Positions 45,795 through 55,582 of a DNA stretch of 64,000 bases are shown in pieces. This DNA is from a virus. A program made the translations under genes and the position numbers. Under the pieces are notes generated by a model. That model saw nothing but the letters and a program-made list of their open reading frames with translations, ran no database searches and was not told the DNA's origin. Numbering within the stretch: position 1 is the stretch's first letter; the number at the start of each line of letters is the position of its first letter. Location of the stretch: IMG/VR virus record IMGVR_UViG_3300045988_180454, positions 1 through 64,000 of that record. One strand, given 5' to 3'.

Positions 45795-46227
45795 GAGTAC
45801 CTGCCGACTGAATCGCTTTTGTGATTGCTAGGCGTCGCTTTTCCAGCTGGGTGACAGCCGGGATAAACCGCTCTGGCACGGTTGAGTAAATCTCGTAAGT
45901 CTGACGATCGTGCTTCGCGCCGCTTGGCACACGACGGCGAACTCGAATCGTATCCTTGAGGTGATACCGTCCAGGATGGTCATCACTGGTACCGATGTTG
46001 TACTTCAGTGCCTGGGAAACCATCTCTGCTTTAGCACGAAGAACGCGATTGAGAGGTTTGCTTCGCAAAAGCACTTTTCGCATCCCCCAATAATCAGAGA
46101 AGTATAAAATGCCTTTCCGCTGACCAGACGCTTGTTTACGAAGACGATTTTGATTAAACACATTCGCCTTCTTAGTCTTGTCGAAAGCAGGTATCCTAGC
46201 CAACGGTTCGATCCACCCGCTTCCCAT
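45787..46227 (-). CDS. head-tail connector (neck) protein
   Basis: Called by position. 146 aa and basic. Confidence 0.55.
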   Translation of the reverse strand: MGSGWIEPLARIPAFDKTKKANVFNQNRLRKQASGQRKGILYFSDYWGMRKVLLRSKPLNRVLRAKAEMVSQALKYNIGTSDDHPGRYHLKDTIRVRRRVPSGAKHDRQTYEIYSTVPERFIPAVTQLEKRRLAITKAIQSAGTRG

Positions 46228-46642
46228 TCATCCGAGCAATCATGACTTCTTTCCCTGCGGTCATACCAGACCACGGGGAAACCCAATCCATGTCACCTTG
46301 GCCTTCAACAATGTAGACTTGTTTTTTCCCAGAATTATCCGTGAAAACCACATAGTCGTCGGTGACGACATCCTCTTCAATACCGCAGTAAAGAGACTTG
46401 CCTGTATAAGTTGTTTTGTTATAAAAAGGACTTGCGTCTTTGACCTGGGTAAGACGAGGACAAACTATTGCTTGATGAATTACATGGCTCTTGACCAATC
46501 CTACTAATGCAGCAGGCATGGACTCCTCAAGATCGTCCTTCGGAGGGGTGTTTACAGAAAACTGATTCTTACGCTTACGCCAGATTTCTACATCACCTGT
46601 ATAATCCGCCGTGCGGGTCAGTGCATCTAAAATCCGTACCAC
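46196..46642 (-). CDS. head-tail connector (head closure) protein
   Basis: Called by position. 148 aa. Confidence 0.55.
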   Translation of the reverse strand: MVRILDALTRTADYTGDVEIWRKRKNQFSVNTPPKDDLEESMPAALVGLVKSHVIHQAIVCPRLTQVKDASPFYNKTTYTGKSLYCGIEEDVVTDDYVVFTDNSGKKQVYIVEGQGDMDWVSPWSGMTAGKEVMIARMNGKRVDRTVG

Positions 46643-47088
46643 CGCCTCGGCTGAGCCTTAGGCCACTTATCCATCAAATTGGTTGTAAACATCAGACCTG
46701 AGGTATCAGTCTTCACCGACCGAACAGTATTGGTATCAGGTGCAAGAATTGCCTCAAGGGCCGTGAGATCCCTTGCTAGAAACAAGTTCTTGAAAGAATC
46801 TTCCGAATCAAACTTGCTATAAGCAAAGGGGCCGATAGTTTCAGCTGAGAAACCATCTGGATTATTCACCCGCTTTCGTACTGCCTCGGCGACCATGGCG
46901 GTTACGAAAACCCGCAACGGGGAGTTCTCGCCATCTGTATCCCAACGGCCCTTGAGCGTGGGATACCAACCACACAGCCGGGCCGAAATGTTCTCGGCAT
47001 AGGCTGTGACGAGTTTGGTCCGCTGCTCAGACGAAGGGCCCTTCAAGAAAGGCTCTACGTCATTAGCAGTTACGAAGCTGAAACCCAA
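46627..47088 (-). CDS. head-tail adaptor protein
   Basis: Called by position. 153 aa. Confidence 0.55.
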   Translation of the reverse strand: MGFSFVTANDVEPFLKGPSSEQRTKLVTAYAENISARLCGWYPTLKGRWDTDGENSPLRVFVTAMVAEAVRKRVNNPDGFSAETIGPFAYSKFDSEDSFKNLFLARDLTALEAILAPDTNTVRSVKTDTSGLMFTTNLMDKWPKAQPRRWYGF

Positions 47089-48138
47089 TTACTCACTTTC
47101 CTTAAATAGCTCTGGACGAACAGACTTGATGTACTCGACAATTTCGTCACGAGACAAAGACTTATCTACTTCCACACCGATCTTCTCAGCAAACTTCCGC
47201 CATGTGGCTAAGGCTGCTTTAGGGCGAGGAGGGGTAGGCAAATCTTCTTCGGAAGTTTCCTCTTCAGAATCTTGGTCCGGTTCGGATTCGGAAACGGTCT
47301 CGGAAGGTGCTTCCTCGCTCTCTGGAGTTGAAGGTTGCGGATCTTCAGCATGAGCTTCAGGCTCTACCTGCGACTCTTCCTCCTTAGGTGTTGAAGACTC
47401 TTCAGGAGAAGATTCTGGCTGAACCTCTTCAGAATGAGAATCAAGTTCCTTAGGAGTCTCCTGCGGATTCTCTACCTCAGATTTTGGCTCAGACGAAGGC
47501 TCTCCTTGAGGATTATCTTTATGTTCCTCAGCTTCCTTAGCCTTCATTTCTGCCTCCAGTTCATCATTGCTTGGAATGTGAACAGGGGGCTGCTCAGGAG
47601 CAGGCTCTGAATCCTCAGGGGGGATTTCACCAGGCTTTGGTTGATGACTCAGATCAGGCTCCGCCACCTGCGGAATATCACTTAGACGCGGTGGAACGTA
47701 CCATAAATCCTTCTGATACTGCTCCATGATCTCATCCTCGGTCTTCTTATACCGATCAGGAACATCATTTCGCTTATTCAGCTCAAGCTGCCATTCACGC
47801 CGTGCTTGAGCCAGGGCATGCCGGTCACCTAAAACACCAACATACATAATTGCCGACCAGGCTTGAGCCACAGTTTCCGGGGACACCTTATCAGGGACCC
47901 CTGGTTCTGAAATCGGGAAGATAGGAACATCATCGGCAAACGCATAGTAAATATGCTGACCGATTTTGTCCTCGGCCCACTCAGGGACTAATTCCCAAAC
48001 ATCAAAGAATCGGAGGCCTTGGTTGACCTCATCCCGAACAAGAGTTGGTAGCACAAACCGGAAACTCGGCATAGGGATGTTCTTATTTAGCTTGTGCAGC
48101 TTCCCATCCGAGACTGGCACTTGATCCTGGTCAGTCAA
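47089..48138 (-). CDS. hypothetical capsid-associated protein with an acidic P/E/S-rich linker and a helical C-terminal module
   Basis: About 170 aa N-domain, then about 120 aa of low complexity (EPEAHAEDPQPSTPESEEAPSETVSESEPDQDSEEETSEED). It ends with KSLSRDEIVEYIKSV, which is HeH/SAP-like. Confidence 0.5.
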   Translation of the reverse strand: MTDQDQVPVSDGKLHKLNKNIPMPSFRFVLPTLVRDEVNQGLRFFDVWELVPEWAEDKIGQHIYYAFADDVPIFPISEPGVPDKVSPETVAQAWSAIMYVGVLGDRHALAQARREWQLELNKRNDVPDRYKKTEDEIMEQYQKDLWYVPPRLSDIPQVAEPDLSHQPKPGEIPPEDSEPAPEQPPVHIPSNDELEAEMKAKEAEEHKDNPQGEPSSEPKSEVENPQETPKELDSHSEEVQPESSPEESSTPKEEESQVEPEAHAEDPQPSTPESEEAPSETVSESEPDQDSEEETSEEDLPTPPRPKAALATWRKFAEKIGVEVDKSLSRDEIVEYIKSVRPELFKESE

Positions 48139-49254
48139 TTAAATCACCTTCGCGGTAAAGATGTAGTTCGGCTTGAAGCAAACCGGAAGCATGATAGCAT
48201 CAGCCATCACTTCCAGCCCGACCGGGAAGGTGTTATTGTTAATAACACCAGCCACAAGACCGGGGGCACCGATGCCACCGCTGCTACCAACACCCAAAGC
48301 CTCAGAGCTCAGAGTCTCACCCCAATAGGTGCGACCCAAAGTGGAAGATTCAGGTTTAGCCGGATCTGCGCTCTTTGTGGTTAGCAAAATGGTGTCCTGC
48401 GGACAGAGCTGCTTAGTCTCCACCTGACCAGTGTGCAGATTATCAATCTTGAACCGAGAGGTGGTCGCCGTCTGGACACCGGGAATCTCAAAGATTTCCG
48501 ACATCAACCGCTCAAGGCGGGTACGGTTCGTCCGAGCATAAGCCGGATCATTGGTACCAATATAAATGCCTTGTGCAAGCAAGTTCGCCTGCTTGGCCAC
48601 CGTGGGATGGTTAGCAATAGCGCGCATAACCTTCTCAGGGGCATGCATCACCTCGGGATAGAACCCGTTTTCCTCGCGGTAAAGCTCTTTCCAGTCATAA
48701 ATCTGATCCAGCGGGTTAGCAGTAGGATCAGTAAAGAGCTTCGGAGCGGTAATCTTAAACTCCGGCTTCCGACCGAAGTTAATAACCTGGGTCGGTGCGT
48801 TCGGCATTTGCAACTCGACTTTATCGTTATACAAAATGTTTGCACGCTGCACAGCCGCAGTCATTGCAATAGCCTTAGCAGCACGCTTCACATAAGATTC
48901 GATAGCTGGAGAAGCAATATCCTTCTTGCTGTTGCGAATCTCGTACAGGGTCTTTTCATCAAAGACATAGTTACGAGAAATCAAAGCAAGCTGGAAGTAT
49001 CCCTTTTGCGTCTCACCGAACCGCTCAGAGGTTGCGGTACCGGAGAACGTACGGAAGTTAGCGACAACAATGTCGTCGATTTCCGGGCCATACTCGACAG
49101 CAGCCCGAATATCAGAAACTTCTTCGCTGGGGAAGAGCTCTGCGAAAGAATCCGGGTTTTGAAGATCAAAAAGTGCCTGCTCACGGCGGGCAATAGTGGT
49201 AAGAACTTCCGGGTCCCAATAATCCCGGTTAACTACACCGTCTAGTACTGGCAT
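48139..49254 (-). CDS. major capsid protein
   Basis: 371 aa, located downstream of the scaffold and a small head protein. Confidence 0.75.
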   Translation of the reverse strand: MPVLDGVVNRDYWDPEVLTTIARREQALFDLQNPDSFAELFPSEEVSDIRAAVEYGPEIDDIVVANFRTFSGTATSERFGETQKGYFQLALISRNYVFDEKTLYEIRNSKKDIASPAIESYVKRAAKAIAMTAAVQRANILYNDKVELQMPNAPTQVINFGRKPEFKITAPKLFTDPTANPLDQIYDWKELYREENGFYPEVMHAPEKVMRAIANHPTVAKQANLLAQGIYIGTNDPAYARTNRTRLERLMSEIFEIPGVQTATTSRFKIDNLHTGQVETKQLCPQDTILLTTKSADPAKPESSTLGRTYWGETLSSEALGVGSSGGIGAPGLVAGVINNNTFPVGLEVMADAIMLPVCFKPNYIFTAKVI

Positions 49255-49257
49255 TTA

Positions 49258-49719
49258 TTACACTCCGTTCGGTTCGATGTAGACGATCCGGGAAGGCACG
49301 TCGTCCTTTTCCGGTTTGTAAGCCGGAAGCCAAACGCTATAAATCGTGCCGCGTACAGCAATGCCGGTCTGAATATTTTCGTAAAAATTAAACTGACGAT
49401 CCTGAATCTCGTGGACGCCGAGGGTAAAGCCATCTACCTTCTTACCGGCTGCCTTCGCAGCTGCGTCAAACATTTTGTAGACGTCGCCGTCTTTGTACAC
49501 CGGAATGCCAGATTTAAGATAGCGAGATACGCGGTGGGCACCTTCCGCTTTCACTTCAGCGGTGATTTCGAGGATGCCATTGACACCCTTATTCAGCTCC
49601 CACGGGTCCGCCATCCAGCGGCGATCGTCAATGTCTTGAATGACCTTACCTTTGACGATCCCAAGATTGCTATTAACGGTTGCCAATAGCTTTCTCTCCT
49701 TACTGTATGTATTTGCCAA
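49258..49719 (-). CDS. small head protein (decoration or cement candidate)
   Basis: 153 aa, located between the scaffold and the capsid gene. The function call is positional only. Confidence 0.35.
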   Translation of the reverse strand: MANTYSKERKLLATVNSNLGIVKGKVIQDIDDRRWMADPWELNKGVNGILEITAEVKAEGAHRVSRYLKSGIPVYKDGDVYKMFDAAAKAAGKKVDGFTLGVHEIQDRQFNFYENIQTGIAVRGTIYSVWLPAYKPEKDDVPSRIVYIEPNGV

Positions 49720-50194
49720 GCCCGTTATCGGAGCCTAGCTGTTGTTTGTTGTTGCTCTTGGGTGGTTGCGAAGTTGCAATACCCTTAAGCTGTGAAACCA
49801 GTTTATTAATTTGTTCCTTGTCAGGTTCACCTTTATCATTGATAAGTTTATCATAACTAATAAAGTTATGTAAAGTTTCAACAGTGGAATTGTCCAGGCC
49901 ATTTGCAGAAGCAGCATTAACAAACTGTGCCTTGACCAACAAAGTCTGAGCTTCACTCATAAGCTTAGCTGCGGAATCATCTACGTTACCTTCAGCTTTT
50001 TTTTGGCTATTCTCAGCCTTTTGCTCTTCTTGAGCGGGTTCCTGAGAAGCAGCTTCCTTCTCCTCAGCCTTCACTTCAGGCTGCTCTTCCTGTTTTTGTT
50101 CCTCGACTTCTTCCTGCTTGGTGCCGTTCATTGCGCCAAGCATTTCAGTCATGAGACCCAAGAACTTCTCGGCCTGATCCTGTGATAGTGCCAT
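49700..50194 (-). CDS. scaffolding protein
   Basis: 164 aa, highly acidic and helical (QEEVEEQKQEEQPEVKAEEKE). Located upstream of the capsid gene. Confidence 0.65.
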   Translation of the reverse strand: MALSQDQAEKFLGLMTEMLGAMNGTKQEEVEEQKQEEQPEVKAEEKEAASQEPAQEEQKAENSQKKAEGNVDDSAAKLMSEAQTLLVKAQFVNAASANGLDNSTVETLHNFISYDKLINDKGEPDKEQINKLVSQLKGIATSQPPKSNNKQQLGSDNGLGKYIQ

Positions 50195-50199
50195 CTTAT

Positions 50200-51576
50200 T
50201 TATCCTTTCGCGCCAATGTATTCTACGTATTCTTCCTCGCCTGGTTTCGCATTGGCACTAACCAGGGTTGGTCCGTATTCTGGGTGGTCAACAACCTTAA
50301 ATCGTCCACGCTTCAGCAACTTCCCGCTTGTTGAACCCCCAACCTCGTTATAAAAAACCTCCAGATCCTCATCATTAATTGCCTGACCAGGGTCAATAAT
50401 CTTCCCGTCCACTTCGACAATCTCTGCCACCTCGCAGTGACAATTGGCATGGATCGGCAATAAATCTTCCCTCGTGTACATCATCGTCGAGGCAACCACG
50501 CAAAGACCACAAGATTCACCGCTTTTAGAAAGCTCAGGATGAATCACTCGCCGGTAGCCTTTCACCTTGTTCTTTGGCATACGTTTCATTGCTTCATGGT
50601 GCGTATTTCGGCTGGCAGCTTGAACGTCTTGGCTTACCATACGTTCTACTCGCTCTTCAGCTTTTTGTTCAGCCCATGTACGAATGATTTGCTGTTCGTC
50701 TCGGGGACTGAGGAAGGGGACAGTTTCGGAAGACGAATCTTCAGGTTTACGCTGGGTAATTTGATCTGCGGAGGGTTTGGAAACATCTTTTGATCCAAGC
50801 TTGGAAGCTTGATCCTGACGCTTCGATAAGTCGGGCGAGCCTGATTGCTTTGCTGCCTTCTCAACTCCCTGATCCTGGTTGCTGCGCGTTGGTTGTGCGT
50901 AGTCTCCGCCTTGAGTTTTGCCTTCTTGGCCGGTGGTTTTAAGCCTTTTTTCTGCCTGCTCAATTAACTCTTCCCAATTTTCCTTTCTGACTTCTCCCTT
51001 TGGCTGTTTCGCATCAGGGGTAATGTAGTGTAGCGGTTTGGTCGGCAAGACGTCTGCCTTCTCATACGACACCAAAAGCCGTTTAATCACAGGATCGTCT
51101 TTCTTCCTGCGAACATTTTTCCAATATTCATCGGCAATGCGTGCGTAAGCCGTTTCCAAATCGGTATTCCGAGACTTCGGAATCACCTCAAGGCTAGGGA
51201 GAGCCGCGGAAAAGGTTAAACCCATTGCCCTGGTGCGGGCAGTGGTTGCCGACCAGGTGACCATCTGAGATTGCCGAATGGCGGAGGTCACAATGGCTGC
51301 GGCTGACTTTGCAAAAGTTTGAATCCCCGTCCTCGTAGCTAGGTTAGCCGTCCGCAAAATAGCCACAATCTGATTCGTGGCTGCGTCAATAATCCGCTGC
51401 TTGGCTGCTGCTACCGCCGTTGTAATAGCCGCTACCTGAGCGATAGAGAGCTCTTCTTGTTGCTCTGGGGTTAACTGTTCCCCCGGGGCCACTAACGGCA
51501 TGTCTGCAATGCTCGGTTGCGGAGGTAGGTAGTGCGGATTATAGAAACTATCAATTGGCGCTGTCATCAGCTTCAC
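50200..51576 (-). CDS. MuF / SPP1 gp7-like minor head (morphogenesis) protein
   Basis: Follows the portal gene. The C-terminal CGLCV...HANCHCEV resembles the CxxC...HxxCxC signature of the family. Confidence 0.6.
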   Translation of the reverse strand: MKLMTAPIDSFYNPHYLPPQPSIADMPLVAPGEQLTPEQQEELSIAQVAAITTAVAAAKQRIIDAATNQIVAILRTANLATRTGIQTFAKSAAAIVTSAIRQSQMVTWSATTARTRAMGLTFSAALPSLEVIPKSRNTDLETAYARIADEYWKNVRRKKDDPVIKRLLVSYEKADVLPTKPLHYITPDAKQPKGEVRKENWEELIEQAEKRLKTTGQEGKTQGGDYAQPTRSNQDQGVEKAAKQSGSPDLSKRQDQASKLGSKDVSKPSADQITQRKPEDSSSETVPFLSPRDEQQIIRTWAEQKAEERVERMVSQDVQAASRNTHHEAMKRMPKNKVKGYRRVIHPELSKSGESCGLCVVASTMMYTREDLLPIHANCHCEVAEIVEVDGKIIDPGQAINDEDLEVFYNEVGGSTSGKLLKRGRFKVVDHPEYGPTLVSANAKPGEEEYVEYIGAKG

Positions 51577-53173
51577 CTCGCTTCTGAGCTATCACATCAG
51601 CTGATTGATTCTGCTGCTTAAGCGCATTATCGTCCTGCTGAGTCATTGAGTTAGCTTGCTTAGCGCGGGTAAGGGGTGTACCTTGATTCGACTGACCAAT
51701 AACCTGATTCCAAAGCGCCTCGTCGCGGATCTCCACTTGCGCACGAGTAATTTGTTCTGGTGTGAAATGTAACCCTTCTCGAAGCGCCGTGGAAATAGCA
51801 ACTCCATTCGCCACCAAAGTAGCAAAAGCTGCTGTCTTCTCTGTGAGAGTATAGGTTTGCAGCGGACCCCAGATAGGCTCAAGCTTATTGATATCGGCGC
51901 GCTCTTTCTCGCCGTTGAGTTCTAGCAGTAGTGAGACGTGCCGTTTCCAGGCTGGGGCAAATCGCTTTCGGCGGTCTTCCACCTTGGCGGTGGAGTTTTC
52001 CCGCGCTGCGTCAGCACCCGCTGAAGACTGATTCAGACTGTCTGAGAAGTAGGACATTGGGGTGTACGTCAACGACGCTAGGTCTTGAACGTCCTGCTTG
52101 GCGGCTTGCAAGAACTCTTGGAAGCTTGTTTGTGCTGATTCCTGGAAATTGCTTTCCTTCGGAAGCATCCAATTAATGCCAATTCCGTTTTTGAAAACGT
52201 TATCGTAGTCAATCGGGCGGCCTTCTCGGTCAAATTCCTTGAAGTTGCCGATAAACACTCGTTGGCGGAACGCCTGCATAGTAGCAATTAGTAATCGGTG
52301 TGCCACCATGTGGTTGATACGGTCAATGAGGGAGGTGTGTTCCTCAAACTCAGCTCTCGCGTCTTTGTTTTTCAGCACTGTCACCGGGATTCGGGAAACC
52401 TCTACTGGATCGTATTCTTTCCACCATGTCCAGCCCTGAGAAGCAAAACGATTATACGGCACTTCTGTGTCGTACGCAGTTATCCGACCACGATCTTTCT
52501 TTGCTGACCGTGCCCTGGCTTCTTCAATGGTAAGAGACGGAGTAACCGTGTTGAACTCCTTAACCGCCACCGCCATGTAAACGCCCCCGCCGGCCTCACC
52601 TGTGGCTGGGTCAATTTCACCACGGAGAAAGAGATTGAGAACATCTCGCTGGAGAGCTCGATCACGATACATCACTACCGCTGCAATAGGCTCCCCGTAA
52701 GGGTCTCGCATTACCGCCGCGTTTGTTGGCGGGAATACTTTTTGCCGTTTAGTTCGTGGGTCAATATACAGGTAGCTTTGCCGATAGCCGCAAGCAAGTG
52801 CCATTGCTTCCTGAGCTTGGATCCCCATTTCATCACGGTCAAACAGTTGTGCGATCACTTCATCGCCGTTTTCATCAGACGCTGCTGCGGAGCGGAAACC
52901 CAGGATACCTAAACGGTCAGTGGTGGCCGAGACAATAAGTTTGGCCCAGTTGGTCTGAGCCATGGACTTCAAAATCGGCAAGCCTTCTACTTGGTTTGTT
53001 TCCGGGGTGGAAAAATGATCGAGAAGGTTAGCCCCTGTGAGATAGTCTTGGTTTCGCTCAATATAAGTAGTTCGCTCGGCAATTTCAGCTAATAGTGAGC
53101 TAGCAAAAAAATCCGGGGAGTTACGGTCATCTGTTTTCTGAATCGCTTCGCCGTGTTTAATTCGATACTTCAC
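51551..53173 (-). CDS. portal protein
   Basis: 540 aa, located immediately downstream of the large terminase. Confidence 0.8.
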   Translation of the reverse strand: MKYRIKHGEAIQKTDDRNSPDFFASSLLAEIAERTTYIERNQDYLTGANLLDHFSTPETNQVEGLPILKSMAQTNWAKLIVSATTDRLGILGFRSAAASDENGDEVIAQLFDRDEMGIQAQEAMALACGYRQSYLYIDPRTKRQKVFPPTNAAVMRDPYGEPIAAVVMYRDRALQRDVLNLFLRGEIDPATGEAGGGVYMAVAVKEFNTVTPSLTIEEARARSAKKDRGRITAYDTEVPYNRFASQGWTWWKEYDPVEVSRIPVTVLKNKDARAEFEEHTSLIDRINHMVAHRLLIATMQAFRQRVFIGNFKEFDREGRPIDYDNVFKNGIGINWMLPKESNFQESAQTSFQEFLQAAKQDVQDLASLTYTPMSYFSDSLNQSSAGADAARENSTAKVEDRRKRFAPAWKRHVSLLLELNGEKERADINKLEPIWGPLQTYTLTEKTAAFATLVANGVAISTALREGLHFTPEQITRAQVEIRDEALWNQVIGQSNQGTPLTRAKQANSMTQQDDNALKQQNQSADVIAQKRGEADDSAN

Positions 53174-53177
53174 TTCA

Positions 53178-54866
53178 TTAACCGCCTAACCGAATCGGCA
53201 CCTGCAAAAAGTCCGTCTCAATTTCCGCTGCACCTTTCGCCAAAGCTTGCAGGCGGGCCTCCCAGGACAGCACAGCCGCCATTGCTGCGTCATATTTGAG
53301 CTCTCGCTTAATTTTGGTTAACCGCCACTTCTGGTTGTTTTCGTCATCGTACTGATTTAAAAGGTTTTTCCCTGCATTACCGATATGCCGTTCAAGATCA
53401 GGATTGCCAGTATGAGCTAGGTCACCGGAATCTATAGCTTCTTTATATGAACGCAGTGCATAATACATAGGGTTTGTTTTATTAGTATACCAAAAGATAA
53501 CTTTCTTTTCCCAACGTCCAGCCCAGGCGGACAATTGCTCTTGCCAATAAGGGGGATCGGCAAACATCCAGTAAACCTCGAAGTCTTCAAAAAGCGCCTC
53601 AACGGTCGCTTCAACCTCAGACACCGGAACTTCCCAGTTCCGTGAAGCTGGATCGTCCTTTGGTGGACGCTCCCAGAGACCCACAAGCTGCTGAACACCA
53701 GTATTAATATCGGTAATCACAATCGCTGTTGAGTCCTGAGTCTTAGCGCCGTCGAAGCCAATTGTTATCAGTGCCCCGTGCGGGATGCGAAGCTCTGGAT
53801 CTCCTAGGTCAGCAAATTTCTTTCGATCAAAGGCGTACATAGAGCTTGCAACCCAGCGGTTGCACCAAACCCGCTCAAGGCGGGAACGGTCCGCTCCTTC
53901 CTCGTCCCAAAGCTTCGCGGTAGCCAACAGATCACGCCACGTCGCCGGTCCCGCGGCTTCACGCAACGCCTTCAAGCGCTGAGCAATGGTGTCAAACTTC
54001 GCTAGCTCATCTGAGGTTTGACGATGATAAAAGAACGTGGTGCAGTCATCAATCTTCAAGTGTTTCTTGTTCGCGTTCTTGACGCCTTCTTCAAATTCGC
54101 TCTTTGCAATTGAGTCCTCAGAAGGATGTCCAGCGGTAGTAATTGACAGCTTCCAGGTGCCGAACATACCGAGCTTCGGTAGGCCGTGCACCACCGTAGA
54201 ATAAGCCTTCCGGTTCTGGTCGGAGGTAAACATATGGGTTTCGTCAAACACCACAAAGGTTGGTTTCAAACCTTCGGCGCTTCTTGAAGTAGCAGCTAGA
54301 GGAAGCGCTTTCGAGTTCACTTCACCCTGCACCATAATCCGCTCTTGGGTCACGTCAAACCAATCAGCATCTGGTATTTCCTTCGCAATCTCCATGGCCA
54401 CGCCATAACCAAGGTCAAACAGCAACTCTTTGGTTGGCGCGAAGAAGGGAATATAGGGAGATTGAACAGGAATACCGGGGGCTAACCCGCCGGGCATAGA
54501 GGGATCATACCCATTAAAACGAACCGGTGCCTCGGGATGCAGTTCACAAAGCGCAACAATCGCGCCTAACTCAGTTTTGGCGCAACCTTTAGGGACCGCA
54601 ACATTGACCGAATAGAAGTGCCTGCGACCGGACATGTCGATATATTCATCTTCGTACCTGGATTTATGCCCCTCAGGGAAATACTCGTAAGCACGCATGA
54701 GGATATATCGAAAATCTTCACGGACCTTATAGGGCTGTCCTTGCAACGGGCCTGGCCCGAACACAAAATGACTTTCAATAAAGTCAATGACTTGAGGCCC
54801 TAGGGTTGGCCAAATATCCAGCGTCCCATCTGGCTTTCTCGCTGGTTTAGGGGAAATAATTTCCAA
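53178..54866 (-). CDS. terL: terminase large subunit
   Basis: 562 aa with Walker A-like VAVPKGCAKTE, Walker B FVVFDETH and a C-terminal nuclease-type acidic residues. Located upstream of the portal. Confidence 0.85.
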   Translation of the reverse strand: MEIISPKPARKPDGTLDIWPTLGPQVIDFIESHFVFGPGPLQGQPYKVREDFRYILMRAYEYFPEGHKSRYEDEYIDMSGRRHFYSVNVAVPKGCAKTELGAIVALCELHPEAPVRFNGYDPSMPGGLAPGIPVQSPYIPFFAPTKELLFDLGYGVAMEIAKEIPDADWFDVTQERIMVQGEVNSKALPLAATSRSAEGLKPTFVVFDETHMFTSDQNRKAYSTVVHGLPKLGMFGTWKLSITTAGHPSEDSIAKSEFEEGVKNANKKHLKIDDCTTFFYHRQTSDELAKFDTIAQRLKALREAAGPATWRDLLATAKLWDEEGADRSRLERVWCNRWVASSMYAFDRKKFADLGDPELRIPHGALITIGFDGAKTQDSTAIVITDINTGVQQLVGLWERPPKDDPASRNWEVPVSEVEATVEALFEDFEVYWMFADPPYWQEQLSAWAGRWEKKVIFWYTNKTNPMYYALRSYKEAIDSGDLAHTGNPDLERHIGNAGKNLLNQYDDENNQKWRLTKIKRELKYDAAMAAVLSWEARLQALAKGAAEIETDFLQVPIRLGG

Positions 54867-54868
54867 GG

Positions 54869-55282
54869 CTAAACCTCAAATCCCTGATTCCGCATGCGTC
54901 GACGTTTACGTGCCCGCGCTGACACGGTTGTGTCATTCGGGTCAATAGGTGCAAACCGCTGGTTAAACGCCGTGGTTTTTTGAACGTGGTGCTCATAGCA
55001 AAGCAGCTGTAGATTGTCTAACCGGTTTGCTAAATGCTTTTCGTGAGGTTGGAACTCACTGATTTCTATGATGTGGTCTACTTCTGTTCCTGGTCCGCCA
55101 CAAATAGCACAGCGTCCGTTATAGAGCTCTCGAACCCGCTTACGCAAAGAATCGGTGGTGTGAGATTCTTTTTTCGGCAATGGGTGCTCAGCACATCTGG
55201 TTGTGCCAGGAAGAGCAAGGTTGTGGCAAGAATGATACACTGGGGTCTCTGATTCCCAGGAACAAAAAGTGACTTTCGGCAA
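54869..55282 (-). CDS. HNH endonuclease
   Basis: CAICGG...VDHIIEISEF...NLQLLCYEHHVQKT, which fits HNH with zinc-binding cysteines. Confidence 0.85.
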   Translation of the reverse strand: MPKVTFCSWESETPVYHSCHNLALPGTTRCAEHPLPKKESHTTDSLRKRVRELYNGRCAICGGPGTEVDHIIEISEFQPHEKHLANRLDNLQLLCYEHHVQKTTAFNQRFAPIDPNDTTVSARARKRRRMRNQGFEV

Positions 55283-55284
55283 AA

Positions 55285-55467
55285 TTAAGACATCCGTCCC
55301 GTGGTCTTACGACGGCTCGGCGCCTTCTTTGAACGGTAGGTCTTATTCTTGAGCTGTCGCGCTACAGCGTTTTTAGGGGTGAAATCATGCCCCCACTTGG
55401 AACCGGCCTTACCCTTGCCTTTTTTGTTTTTGTTGAGAGGCTTATTGCCCCGCCCTGATTTTGCCAC
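55285..55467 (-). CDS. very basic 60-aa protein
   Basis: About 40% K/R by eye (MAKSGRGNKPLNKNKKGKGKAGSKW...). GTG start behind AAAGGAA. First gene after the candidate late promoter. Confidence 0.55.
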   Translation of the reverse strand: MAKSGRGNKPLNKNKKGKGKAGSKWGHDFTPKNAVARQLKNKTYRSKKAPSRRKTTGRMS

Positions 55468-55500
55468 AAATAATTCCTTTGCTTTCGATTAATTAAACTT

Positions 55501-55509
55501 ATTATAACA
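55501..55509 (-). promoter_or_regulatory. extended -10 promoter (TGTTATAAT) for the structural operon
   Basis: The minus strand reads TG-T-TATAAT. The -35 is poor (AAGGTT at 17 nt). It sits between a terminator and the first structural-arm gene. Confidence 0.45.
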
Positions 55510-55544
55510 TATGTAGTTTAACCAACCTTAGTTTATTGTGGCAA

Positions 55545-55571
55545 GAAAAATAGGCCCCAGCTTTGGGGCCT
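55545..55571 (-). terminator. rho-independent terminator after thyX-mazG
   Basis: AGGCCCCA-AAGC-TGGGGCCT followed by ATTTTTCTT on the minus strand. Confidence 0.75.
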
Positions 55572-55582
55572 ACAACAACTAT

